Position numbers and translations under genes: made by a program. This document shows, piece after piece, positions 50,805-64,000 of a stretch of 64,000 nt of DNA (within the stretch, counting starts at the first letter, position 1; each line of letters starts with the position of its first letter). This DNA is from Octopus vulgaris (taxonomy: Eukaryota), in the NCBI GenBank assembly GCA_951406725.2, contig OX597833.1:13144001-13208000 (forward strand), written 5' to 3'. The notes below the pieces were generated by a model. The model did not search any database. It was not told where the DNA came from and saw nothing but the letters and a program-made list of their open reading frames with translations.

Positions 50805-51410
50805 ACCTTCACCACCACTACCGCCACCACCAAAACAAGATAACAGCCATCTATCATCACTACTACAACCACTACCGACACCGCCACCATCACCGCTACC
50901 ACTACCACCACCACCATCGCCGCCACCATCACCCTCACCACCGCCGCCGCCGCCGCCACCATCACCACCACCACCGACACTACCGCCACCGCTGCCATCG
51001 CCGCTACCACTACTGCCATCACAATCACCACCATGACACCACCACCAACAGCACCATCAGCGTCATGCCGCCGCCGCCACTACCACTGCGGACACCGCCG
51101 CCACCCCTGCCATCGCCGCTATCACTACCACCATCACCATCTCCACCACCACCACCGCTACCACCACCACCATCGTCACGCCACCACTGCAACCACCACC
51201 TCCTGTGCCTCCACGATTATTCTTATAACTATTATCACCGCTACCAAATGTCTACCACTGTAATCGTATGATTGCCACCACTACACATACCATTGCCAGC
51301 AACACATTACCACCACCACCAACACCACCACTAGCAACACAACCGCCAATGGCAAAACTACCACCGATAGCAAAGCCATCACCAACACACTACCACCAAC
51401 ACCACAACAG
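50805..51410. repeat. Degenerate (CAC/CGC/CAT)n low-complexity tract
   Basis: Direct reading. Confidence 0.9.
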
Positions 51411-51780
51411 CTAACACATAACATATCTTTCATGAAATATCAATTTAGGTCGCAGTATCAAGTAAAGTTCGCCGAGGTGGATGTGAAACAGCAAAGTGCA
51501 AGATGAATGTTACGATTTTACACGCAAGTCTGTGCGTTGGATGCTTGTGACACAGTGTGTCTTATCGGAGAGGTACTTAAGTGTGCAGGCAATAAGCTGA
51601 GATGGCGCATAGTAACATCACCTGTCGTCTGCTGCCTTCCATTTTCGGCTTCGACAGGCGATAAGTTATTGGAGCGAATCGAGTGCGTTTTTTTTTTTAG
51701 TATACAGATTATTTTGCTTTTGCTTTCCGGACACAAATGCACACACACATACACACACGCAACGCACACATCTACATATA

Positions 51781-52890
51781 GGTGCAGCGTGGCTGTGTGG
51801 TAAGAAGCTTGAATCCCAGCAACATGCATCCAGGTTCAATCCCATTGCGTACACCTTGTGCAAGTGCCTTCTACTATGGCCTCGGGCCGACCAACGCTTT
51901 GTGAGTGGATATGGCAGACGGAAACTGAAAGAAGCCCATCGTATATAAATGAAAAAATGCATAGAAAATAAACAACGACAGATAAAAAAACGTATACGTA
52001 TACAATCGGCCGGGAGACAAACATTGAGGATCCCTAATTCTTCGTCAGTCATCAACCGAATGGTAGGACAGTTTCGCACCATTAATGATAAGACTAAGGG
52101 ATTCCCATATTGGTAGTGACTCCGAAATTCACAGAGAATGTAGGGCCTGAGGTAAACAAAACAAAAATGTAATTTAAGACGATCGACAAAGAAATAAATT
52201 AAAAACGAGCAATATATGGCCCTAGGGCCAAAAAGACAAGAATGGTGGGTTACGCTTAGAAGAAATCTTGAAGGATATGGAAAGATATAGAAAACAGCAA
52301 ATAGCAAGACAGAACTTTTTTTTTCTTTTTTGCGACCGGATAGCTAGGTGGCCCGTGTGAAAAAGGAAGGGAATGAAGGAAAGCTGGCCGTGGGTCACGT
52401 ATCAACAGCAGGCAGAAGAGAAGGGAAAGATAGCGCGACAAAGAGAAAGTTAGGGAAGAATTGGAGGGGGTAAAAGGAAAGCTATAAATACAAGTGAGGG
52501 GAGAGAGAGAGAGAGAGAGAGAAAGAAAGGGAAAGTAGACAGGCTAGAGATAGAAGCAAGAGAGTGCCCGACTCTCGGGCCGAAGAACACCGCCGGCTCC
52601 AAATGGGCCTGGCACCCGCACTGGGCAGCCATGATTGAGGGGACTCCGAACTTTGTTGGGCGAAATATATGTGTCAGAGTTTGTGTTTCTCTCCCATCAC
52701 CGCTTGACAACTGGTGTTGGTGTGTTTACGTCCCCGTAACTCAGCGGTTCAGCAAAAGAGACCGATAGAATAAGTACTAAGCTTTAAAATAAAAGCAAAT
52801 CCTGGGATCGCTTTGTTCGACTATAATTCCTCAAGGCGGTGCTCCAGCGTGGCTGCAGTCACCTGACTGAAACAAGTAAAAGTATAAAAG
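51781..52890 (+). mobile_element. SINE family A split at its central TA tract by a ~0.7 kb insertion
   Basis: 5' half at 51781-51945, 3' half at 52665-52890. Confidence 0.75.
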
Positions 52891-53228
52891 AGGATGCATG
52901 TATATATATATATATATATATATATGCAAAATAGGTTACTACTTAGATTCACACTCAAAATTTCAAATAAAGTTCAATGGAAATAAAAATACAAATACGA
53001 TAGTCAGTAAATAAATAAATAAACATGTATTTAATATATGTACTTGTTTACGATACCAAAGAGGAGATTCAACTTTATAATGATTTAATTATTTTAATTA
53101 ATTTTAAAAATTTGAGTCGAAACAGCTGTCAGGGATTTTGTTTATTTTTGCAATTATTAATAAATATAGTTATTAATTGATTTATCTCTATTTTCTTTTA
53201 TATATATATATATGAAATACAAACATGG

Positions 53229-53418
53229 GACAAGAACGCAAAACATTCAGACAGACGATACAAAGAAAACAAAGACGGGTCATTCGGAGTTTTCTATCCT
53301 CAGTCGAGTTCCACATTATCTTTGCAATTTCGGCTGGTTATACTCGAGATTGCTCCAATCTGGCCGACCCGTCCTTGTTTTCTTTGAATCGTCTGTCTGG
53401 GTGTTTTGCGTTCTTGTC
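53229..53418. repeat. 53-bp inverted repeat (4 mismatches) around an 84-bp spacer, between (TA)n tracts
   Basis: Arms 53229-53281 and 53366-53418. Confidence 0.9.
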
Positions 53419-53471
53419 TGATTTTTGTATTTTTTATATATATAAAGTATAGCGGCGTACGTACACGTTAG

Positions 53472-53525
<54 letters not shown>

Positions 53526-53798
53526 TAATGTATGTATACATCCTGCTCCCAATATATATATATCTACTCATCTGTATAATGTATACTGGATATTCTATAT
53601 TTATGTCAAGCTCGCTATTTCCCGACGACCTCTCGTTGCTGACGCCACAAAAGGGATGAATATTAACGTTAAAGGCGTGAAATTTCTGCGATCCTTTGGA
53701 CGATAACTGACGAGGATTTAGCGATATTCTGTGAGTTTTCTCTTTGTTCTGATTGCTTATAGTTATATATATATATACGTTATGTGTGCTTTTTGATC

Positions 53799-53839
<41 letters not shown>

Positions 53840-54449
53840 GTTTTAGTATTATTGTTATTATTATATTTATTCCACATTATATCGGTATAACCATGATGCA
53901 ACCCCGAAAATCTGACTCAGAAGTCAGTATCATTAAGCGATAGACGGCATAATGAAATAGGATCTTTATTTGCATATCTTTTAACGTTCCTAAAGGAATT
54001 TAAAAGATACACATACAAACACACACACACACATATATACACACATACATATGCATATTTATGCATATACAAATACATATTTGAAGAAGGATTTTCTTAA
54101 AATTTATGTTCTATCTTAGAAAATCTTAGAAAAAATAGAATAAATAATATAACACCAACGATGCTGCAGATAAATCGTTTTTTAAGCATACGTATTTCGG
54201 GATAATCCGTATAGAAGAAGTTGTTTTTATAGCTGTGTTTACTATTTCTGCATTAGTTCCGGATTTAGAGTGATTATAATATAATCTTCTCTTGCCTTTA
54301 GTATTGATAATTTATATGGAAGAAGAGAAAAAAACAAACAAAAAGCGGACAAAACAAGGAAATGTTTTAAAATTTCCCTTTGTACAAATGTCTACATTTT
54401 CGCTAAATAGAACATTTTATTTCAAAAAGATCAGTTTAAAAAAAAAAAA

Positions 54450-54840
54450 CTAGCATTATCGCCCGGCGTTGCTCGGGGTTGTTTCGACCCTTTAGAATTG
54501 GAATTTTTGAAAAGTAAAAATGTTGCCTTATGTAGCTTGTTATTCTCTTTAAGTGAACATTTTTCTGGTTGAAATACACCGAAAAATGGCGACACAGCAG
54601 TCAAAAAATCGTAAAAAAATAGGGATTTTCATAGAAAAAAAGCACCTTTTTGATGTAAATAATTTTTGGTGTTAACATGGTCTGATTTGAATTTTTTCTT
54701 CTACGGAATGAAGAGCAAGCCTTCTTCTATTATACTCTCATTTTTGGTCAACTTGCACCGCAGGGTCTCGGAGGAGATAGTGTTAGTTGAAGGCTACCAA
54801 ACCTGCCACACAGACAACTTCAGCTTTATATATAGAGAGA
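54450..54840 (-). mobile_element. Non-autonomous Helitron
   Basis: Minus strand: A|TCTCTCTATATATAAAG ... CCCGAGCAACGCCGGGCGATAATGCTAG|T. Confidence 0.85.
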
Positions 54841-55078
54841 TTTATTGCTATTCTAGAATTTTTTGGTTAATCTCTGTTCAGTTATTTCACACATCCCACT
54901 ACTTTGGTTACCACAGTTTGTTAACTTGTTTTGTTTTATTCTGAATTTCGCCTTTGTTAAGAGTCCTTTGAGATTCGCCTGTTCATGATTTATGATTTTT
55001 AAAAATTATTTAATTACATAATTAGTTGATGATGCATATGATTTTAGTTCTCCTGTTAGATTAGATGGCAGCCAGCAG

Positions 55079-55127
<49 letters not shown>

Positions 55128-55139
55128 ACATTTATACTT

Positions 55140-55330
55140 TTCTACTCTAGGTACAAGGCCCGAAATTTTGGATTCGGGGGGGGGGGAGCAGTCGATTAGA
55201 TCGACCCCAGTACTTAATTCATCGACCCCGAAAAGATGGAAAGCAAAGTTGGAATTTGAACTCAGAACGTAAAGACAGACGAAATACTGCTAAGCATTTC
55301 TCCCCGGGTGTTTACGTTTCTTCCAGCTCA
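55140..55330 (-). mobile_element. Diverged SINE family B (alternative tail)
   Basis: Core and head remnants. Confidence 0.7.
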
Positions 55331-55342
55331 CTGCATTCACAC

Positions 55343-55397
<55 letters not shown>

Positions 55398-56468
55398 TGT
55401 ATATATATTTATGGATGTGTATGTATGTTTACAAACAAACACGTATGTATGTATGTATGTATGAATGTATGTATGTATGTACGGACGGATAAGTTGCTAA
55501 ACATTAGATTCGTCTCTAGTGCAGCGTTACACGCCTCGTGTGTTGATAGTTTATCTTCACCCTTGGTTAGCAAACGGTCTATCAGAGCGAAAACTCCCAG
55601 AAACCCTACACGCAAGCACACACACACATAAATATAAAACTGAGAATGTGTGTGATTCACTACAACTCGACAAATACCTTAGGGTCGATGTTGTGTCATG
55701 GGCCCCCTTCCCCAAAAAAGGTTCCAACTTCTTGCCTAATGCGAGCCCAGAGCAATCTCTTAACGCTTACACTGTTTCGGTATTACGTGAAAAAAGTGAA
55801 ACAATGACAATTCTATTGTAATGTGAGATAATAGTTACCCTATTATATGGTTTCAATTTCAATGTTTCACTATGTATTAATATACATGTTTGTATATGAA
55901 TGTGTATATATATATGTGTGTGTGTGTGGAGAGTATTATAGTTCGCTTGAAGCATTGCGTATTGTTTCTAAGAAAAAAAGTTTTGAATGGTACAACAATG
56001 CACTATAATACAGACAATGGACTATATACCTGTTGTAATTTAGTCACCCATAGTCTGATGATATTTAGGAATAATATTCCTTCTTCAGATATTCTGAGAT
56101 GGAATCGCTGCCATCTATCTATCTACCTATCTAAAAGAATATAACATGTGACTTCATTGACCGAGGTTACCGTGGTCTTTTCCGTAGGTTTTTCTTTCCA
56201 CGGGTAAACCTCACCTGTCCTCCCCTTTACACCTTATATTGAAATTTCTGTGATAACGATCCCTATTGATCGATTAAAAAAATGTTTTACCCCCCCCTTT
56301 TTTTGTCCTCTTTCTTTCCTTTTACGATCCCTTTTGATCGAAAACCAAACCCACTTTTTATCCCCAAAAGAAAAGCTCTACCTTGTAATTTGTCCTGTCT
56401 GTGTGCAGCCCTGTGTGGCTAATAAAGAAACATATCTCTCCATCTACCTACCTACCTACCTACCTACC

Positions 56469-56578
<110 letters not shown>

Positions 56579-56965
56579 TGATGTCTGTGTGTATATATAT
56601 ATATATATACACATATACATGATGTGTACATACATATGTCCTGGTTTCTGCCTACGCCCGCTGTAAAACCACTTATCGTTCGTATACTCTTATCAGAGAA
56701 ATCTATAAGTACGGACGGAATAGTTTCCGGTCATTGTTGGCAGTCACTTGACTATTTTTAGATATGCTTAGTTATCGACGGCCACATAATTTCGTGAAAC
56801 GTAAACCTAAGAAGATATATCTGTTTGTCTCACCACCCTGATTCATTTCGCCAGTGCGATGGTTCGCAGTCATGGTTTTTGTAATCTATGAACCCTTTTG
56901 AATCCGATTTTGCTTTCATAACCATTTCTATCTTTTAAAAAAAATCCTATCATGTTATTATTGTA

Positions 56966-57133
56966 GGAGTGGCCGTGTGGTAAGTAGCTTGCTTACGAAC
57001 AACATGGTTCCTGGTTCAGTCCCACTGCGTGGTACTTTCGGCAAGTGTCGTCTACTATAACCTCGGGCCGACCCAAGCCTTGGGAGTGGATTTGGTAAAC
57101 GGAAACTGAAAGAAGCCCGCCGTATATATATAT

Positions 57134-57195
<62 letters not shown>

Positions 57196-57370
57196 ATATG
57201 TTTGTGTGTCTGTGTTTGTCCCCGTAACTTAGCGGTTCGGCAAAAGAGACCGATAGAATAAGTACTAGGCTTACAAAGAATAAGTCCTGGGGTCGATTTG
57301 CTCGACTAAAGGCGGTGCTCCAGCATGGCAACAGTCAGATGACTGAAACAAGTAAAAGAGCAAAAGAGTA
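56966..57370 (+). mobile_element. SINE family A with internal deletion
   Basis: Deletion between two GTCCCC motifs. Confidence 0.9.
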
Positions 57371-58055
57371 TAATATTAAAAACTGTATAAAAAAATAAGT
57401 TTTAAAATATTTTGCTTAGTGTTGAATAATTTTTAATAAAATCTTATGTGGACCCCAATGTGGAATCCGGTTGAGAACCACTGATTAAGTGTCTTTCGAA
57501 AGCCGTTGATTGACTGTGCATTTTACGAAGCGGCTATTACCTACTGCGATCAACATGTACCATCATATAAGCTTGACGGTTGTCAGATAAATTTGTTCGT
57601 TCTCCTCCCCACCCTTGGCACTTCATCGTCAGATGTCTGGTTAGAGGTCAAACGAATTCAAATTTCCAAATCATACACCTGCAAAAAAATCATAAATCAC
57701 TATGATAAATAAGTCGGTTGTGTTAATTTGGATAACACTGGAAATTATTAAAATTGAGGGAGCGGGGTGGTGGTGGTGGAACGAACGAAATTATCTGACA
57801 ATCTAATACTTCAACACAGGTCTTTACGAGTGAGTGCCGAAAAGTTCCTGGTTTTGGGTAAAAGAAAATACAGGAGGATCAGTTAATTATGATTTTATCC
57901 AACATACTTCCCCTCGCAGATTCACGCACTTATTGCGGCGGTTCTTTAGTTTTCCTAAGATCTGTAAAAGAACTCGGAAGTTTGGGTTTTCAACTAGGCT
58001 TTTCGCGAAAACCCTTAAAGCCATGAACTGTTTTTTTTTTCAGCATCTCTCCATA

Positions 58056-58282
58056 CCTATTTCTTTACTACCCACAAGGGGCTAAACACAGAGAGGACAA
58101 ACAAGGACAGACAAAGGGATTAAGTCGATTATATTGACCCCAGTGCGTAACTGGTACTTATTCAATCGACCCCGAAAGGATGAAAGGCAAAGTCGACCTC
58201 GGCGGAATTTGAACTCGGAACGTAACGGCAGACGAAATACGGCTACGCATTTCGCCCGGCGTGCTAACGTTTCTACCAGCTC
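58056..58282 (-). mobile_element. SINE family B
   Basis: Core and tail, ending AAGAAATAGGTAT. Confidence 0.92.
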
Positions 58283-58868
58283 AAGGACGGTCCATCAAAC
58301 GTTCCCCGCAATGGTTTCAAACAAAGAAACCTCGTAAGTTTGAAGCGAAATTAGGGCTAGCACGTGACCATACCTGTATCTACACACAACTACCAGATTA
58401 ATCTCGTTGGGACCTAAACAAAATTCCTGTCTGATAAAAGTGTTTATTTTGATGATATCTCCACTCCCCCACCACTCAGCCCTACTCCCTTATCAACCTG
58501 GTTTTTGGCGGTGAAGAAGTTCAACGAATCATTTATAAAAATATTATAGCATTTATTTGTTTGTACCGAGATTTACTTAGTGTAGTTAAGACAGGGTTAA
58601 GAATTTGCCTTGAGGCGGTGATGACTTTGTTTTCAAGTGTCGGTAATATAACCGCATACTTATACATGGTAACGACAACAAATGTATACATCACAACATC
58701 TGTTTAAACAAATATTGGTGTAATAAATTCCTTTTATGTTGATGGGGAAATAAACTGCGTCTATAGGTACAATACTCCCACCATTGAAATGTTTTTCAGG
58801 CTACAGTTAAAAGTAGCTAGTCACGATATAACAACAACAGAAAAACAACACTAATAATGATAATAATA

Positions 58869-58914
<46 letters not shown>

Positions 58915-58915
<1 letters not shown>

Positions 58916-59140
58916 CCTTTCTACCATAGGCACAAGGCCTGATATTTGGAGAGGACTAGTTCAATGACATCGACCCTAGAGTTTTACTGGTACTTATTTT
59001 ATCGACCCTAAAAGGATGAAAGGCAAAGTCGATCTCGGTGGAATTTGAACTCAGAACATAACAGCAGACGAAATACCTATTTCTTTACTACCCACAAGGT
59101 GCTAAACACAGAGAGGATAAACAAGGAGAGACAAATGGAT
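58915..59140 (-). mobile_element. Family B dimer remnant: tail-1 unit joined to a tail-2 unit, ending in (ATT)n
   Basis: Junction GACGAAATACCTATTTCTTT at about 59068-59087. Confidence 0.8.
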
Positions 59141-59704
59141 TTAAAAATATTAGTAAAATTCTTAAAATAATTGGTAACGAAGTACATTAGAATAGATGAA
59201 GAGGGTGTGGACGAAATCACGTATGGGACGAGAGTGAGCGAGAAGTTTAACAGATGAAAGTGCTGAAAAATATATGAGTTGGAAGAAAATGATAATTGGA
59301 GAAGATTGCGTAAAGAATTAGAGATTATTTGAATTTTTGACTGATCATTATATCACTTCGTGGCGATGAAAACGAACTTCAGCAAAATGATATTACATTA
59401 GGGAAATCGGTGCCGGAATGGGGTACGTTAGGGATTCATGTAGGGGATTCATGTAAGGGAGATGAAGCTGTTGAGTTATGAGATACGCAGGCAAGATGTA
59501 AAAGGAAATATATTAAATTTGTTAATTAATTATGAAAATACATCAAAAGAAAAGAAGAAAAAAAAAACAACCAGCAGTAATTAATAATCTTAATTCTAAT
59601 CTAGGCACGAAGTCTGGAATTTGGGGGGAGGGGGCCAGTCGATTAGATCGCCCCCAGTACGCAACTGGTACTTAAATTATCGACCTCGAAAGGATGAAAA
59701 GCAA

Positions 59705-60110
59705 AGGATATAGACACAAGCTTATAGGATAATAGGATATAGACACAGGCATATAAGAGAGTAGGATATACACACAAGCTTAAAGGATAATAGGATATAG
59801 ATACAGACATATAAGATATTAGGATATACACACAAGCTTATAGGATAATAGGATATAGATACAGGCATATAAGATAGGATATACACACTGGCATATAGGA
59901 TAATAGGATATAGATACAGGCATATAAGATAGTAGGATATAGACACAAGCTTATAGGATAATAGGATATAGACACAGGTATATAGGATAGTAGGATATCG
60001 ACACAGGCATATAACATATAGGATAGAATGATATAGACACAAGCTTTTAAGATAGTAAGATATAGACAAAAGCATATAGAATAGTAGGATATAGATATAA
60101 ACATATAGGA
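59705..60110. repeat. ~30 bp minisatellite TAGGATAATAGGATATAGA(C/T)ACA(G/A)GC(A/T)TA abutting a truncated family B SINE
   Basis: About 13 diverged units. Confidence 0.88.
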
Positions 60111-60978
60111 TACTCTTTGTTCGTGAGATGGAGAGTCTGTTCTCCACCGCTTGACGACCGATTTTGGTTTGTTACTTCCCAGTAACTTAGCTGTTTGACA
60201 AAAAAAACGACAAAATTACCAAAGTTAAAATAATAAAAAAGGCATAATTACAAAGATCAATTTGTTCGACTAAAGCACTTAAAGGCAGTGCCCTAGTATG
60301 GCCGCATTCCAATGAGCGAAACAAGTATGAGATAAAAAATGAAAAATAAGCCTTTAGCTGCAAACTTAGGATGTTATGACAACCAGGCATAAATATTGCT
60401 GAAACAGTCCTCAAGGACTAAAGTATAGCTCACTTTTAACAACTTGCTAAACGGAATCCGGATATCACATTTGAGGACCGTAGCCTCATTTCATGATCAA
60501 TGCCTCATAGGAATTAGACGCTAATGGAAACACTGCTAGAACTCCAAATCGTGTCTGATGTCAAAAAATCGACCTGAAGCAAATATAGACGTGTGGACTG
60601 AGAGGAGGGAAATAAAAGGTAAGCGAATGTTGAAAGCGCCCTCGATTCATCCTGCATCAAGAGTTGAGCGTACCAAGAGTCTTAAGCTCAACATTCTACC
60701 AAAACTATTTCCTATCTCCAATGGGTGTGAGAATGACGGCTGGCAATTGTTGTTGTTCGTGGTGTTCTGAGGCAGCAGACAAATAAAGCATTTCGGCTGT
60801 CATTAGCGCATCTTTTGGCACAACTTTGATGACATCACCAAATAAGTCCTTCTGTTTTTAAGGAGTGTAAGATGTAGTTTGAAGACGGTTTGGCTGGGAT
60901 TTCTAACGGGTCTGGCGACTGCCCTCTACTCGCCTTCTTTTTGTTAGTCCTTTGGTGGGTTTGCAGCATTGAAGATTA

Positions 60979-61362
60979 GGAAGCACTCCGTCGGTTACGA
61001 CGACGAGGGTTCCGGTTGATCCGAATCAACGGAACAGCCTGCTCGTGAAATTAACGTGTGAGTGGCTGAGCACTCCACAGACACGTGTACCCTTAACGTA
61101 GTTCTCGGGGATATTCAGCGTGACACAGAGAGTGACAAGGCCGGCCCTTTGAAATACAGGTACAACAGAAACAGGAAGTAAGAGTGAGAGAAAGTTGTGG
61201 TGAAAGAGTACAGCAGGGATCACCACCATCCCTGCCGGAGCTTCGTGGAGCTTTTAGGTGTTTTCGCTCAATAAACACTCACAACGCCTGGTCTGGGAAT
61301 CGAAACCGAGATCCTATGACCGCGAGTCCGCTGCCCTAACCACTGGGCCATTGCGCCTCCAC
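60979..61362 (-). mobile_element. SINE family C, full length
   Basis: TSD ATTGAAGAT at 60968-60976 and 61364-61372. Confidence 0.95.
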
Positions 61363-62083
61363 TATTGAAGATGCACCTCTGAGACAAAACATACACATGA
61401 GGCATCTCAGCTGTTATCATTGAATCTTTCGTATATCTTTGACGAATCGCCCAATAAGTTCTATTTTTTAAAGACGGTAAGAAATAGTTTTGAAGAGAAA
61501 GAACTTGGCTGTCATTTCTAGCTGACATAGCGACCACGTTATAGGTACCTATTCCTGACGCGTTGGTTGGCGGGTCTGCCGCAGTTAAAACGTTTCGTTT
61601 TGGTGTGTGACCATGAACCAACAATAGTCATCTTACTGAGAAGCTAGAGACACAACATCTGATAACGCGTAATAAACAAAATATGGAAGTCATAATATGT
61701 CATAATGCGAAGCTATTTCTAGCAGAGTTACTGCCTACTGCTATTTAATTTTCTTGTAGATAACTCCCTTTTTTATTTGTTCCCTTTTTTTTTTAAATAT
61801 AAAAAAAAATATAAGGAAGTAACAACGAACATTTCATAATTAGCGTAAAACATTAAGCAAGCTGGATATAGGAAAGACCTGGGAAAGCGTTTTGTTGTCT
61901 GTCAACGAGAGAAAACAACAAGAATTTTAGAATTTAAAAAAATCCAAACAACTTTGAATATATTAACCAGACATGTGGCTGTCTGTTTTTAAATTCCTCA
62001 GACATACACACCCATGCATACGTAGATACATACATACATGCATATATGTATGCATACATGCATATATGTATGTATGTATACAT

Positions 62084-63137
62084 ACTTAGACGATAAGTTT
62101 CTGGAGAGTTTTACAGATTTTTATATATGTATGCGTGTATGCATATATGTATGTATGCATACATATGTATGCGTGTATGCATATATGTATGTATGTATGC
62201 ATATATATGTATGCGTGTATGGATATATGTATCTATGCATATATATGTATGCGTGTATGCATGTATGTATGTATGCATATATATGTATTCGTGTATGCAT
62301 ATATGTATGTATGCATATATATGTATGCGTGTATGCATGTATGTATGCGTATATATGTATGCGTGTATGCATATATGTATGTATGCATATATATGTATGC
62401 GTGTATGCATATATGTATGTATGCATATATATGTATGCGTGTATGGATATATGTATGTATGCATATATATGTATGCGTGTATGCATATATGTATGTATGC
62501 ATATATATGTATGCGTGTATGCATGTATGTATGCATATATATGTATGCGTGTATGCATATATGTATGTATGCATATATATGTATGCGTGTATGCATATAT
62601 GTATGTATGCATATATATGTATGCGTGTATGGATATATGTATGTATGCATATATATGTATGCGTGTATGCATATATGTATGTATGCATATATATGTATGC
62701 GTATATGGATATATGTATGTATGCATATATATGTATGCGTGTATGCATATATGTATGTATGCATATATATGTATGCGTGTATGCATATATGTATGTATGC
62801 ATATATATGTATGCGTGTATGGATATATGTATGTATGCATATATATGTATGCGTGTATGCATATATGTATGTATGCATATATATGTATGCGTATATGGAT
62901 ATATGTATGTATGCATATATATGTATGCGTGTATGCATATATGTATGTATGCATATATATGTATGCGTGTATGCATGTATGCATACATACATATATGTAT
63001 ATATGCATACACGCATACATATATATGCATACATACAAATATGTATGTATACATACATATATGTATATATGCATACATGCATACACGCATACATATATAA
63101 AAATCTGTAAAACACACCAGAAGATTATCGTCTAAGT
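62084..63137. repeat. 38-bp-unit minisatellite enclosed by ~60 bp terminal inverted repeats
   Basis: ACTTAGACGATAA..TTCTGG...GTTTTACAGATTTTTATATATG at the left end; its reverse complement ends at 63137. Confidence 0.85.
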
Positions 63138-63238
63138 GTATTTGAGCATGTCTAGACATACAAGTATATCCATGAGAAGACATACTTAAAACAAAACATA
63201 CAAATTTGCACACATACATACATACATACATACATACA

Positions 63239-63272
<34 letters not shown>

Positions 63273-64000
63273 ATTCAAAAATACCCTGTTTTTGATGTTG
63301 AAATTCTAATGAAGGAACCTTGGGTCTAGGTTAGAAACCGTCTCTTTCTCTATTGGCTCGAAATTTTGAAATAAAATTGAATAATGACATACATGCGTAG
63401 TACGCACTTAGTATGTAAATACATACATACGTATATACATGCATGCATACATGCATTGAAGTCTTGAAACAAAAGTGAACAATCATACACATGCATACAT
63501 ACATACATACATACATACATACATGCATACATAATACATACATACATACATACATACATACATACATACATACATACATACATAATACATACATACACAC
63601 ATGTCTGATGTCAAAAAATCGACCTGAAGCAAATATAGACGTGTGGACTGAGAGGAGGGAAATAAAAGGTAAGCGAATGTTGAAAGCGCCCTCGATTCAT
63701 CCAGCATCAAGAGTTCAACGTACCAAGAGTCTTAAGCTCAACATTCTACCAAAACATTCTACCAAAACATTCAATGCATACATAATACATATATACATGC
63801 ATGAATACATGCATATATTCATACATAGATATGTGTATCAACAGTCTTTCAATCTCCCCCATTCCACACAAAGAATGTTACAAGTACCTAGGCATAGACG
63901 AGAATGTATCATATGAGGGTAGTGTGAATAAAGATAGAGTGACCCGAGAATATTACACCAGACTTAGGAAAATATGGCAGCCGGAACTCTCCTCTTACAG

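Noticed and set aside
62038-63267. 320-365 aa Y/V/C/M/H/I/T-rich ORFs in all six frames (likewise at 17.4-18.3, 24, 39.7-41.1 and 47 kb)
   Set aside because: Alternating purine-pyrimidine repeats are open in all frames by composition

Overview
Eukaryotic, repeat-saturated DNA, most likely from an Octopus genome. This is recognised from the tRNA-derived SINE families and the extreme (TA)/(CA)/(TACA)/(AAT)/(GAT) microsatellite load; I could not verify it by a search. I found no host exon, and almost all listed ORFs are microsatellite artefacts. The real coding remnants all come from transposons: a Penelope-like element (RT C-terminus plus GIY-YIG, 14.6-16.6 kb, minus strand), RTE and CR1-type LINE 3' fragments, several R4/Dong-like fragments (CCHC + restriction-like endonuclease) and mariner relics. 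Two non-autonomous Helitrons and dozens of SINEs (labelled A-D here) fill much of the rest. The most interesting signals are: (i) a dense set of minimal hammerhead ribozyme motifs in Penelope-type terminal repeats, including a five-copy family fixed for a non-canonical core with U at position 6, a compensated U3-A8 variant, a tandem pair and permuted candidates; (ii) a SINE pentamer bounded by one target-site duplication, with several monomers ending in the first bases of the next unit; (iii) a SINE sharing its 3' tail with a CR1-type LINE in the same window; (iv) several 50-80 bp fold-back inverted repeats and a minisatellite bounded by inverted repeats. Coordinates of diverged repeats are approximate.
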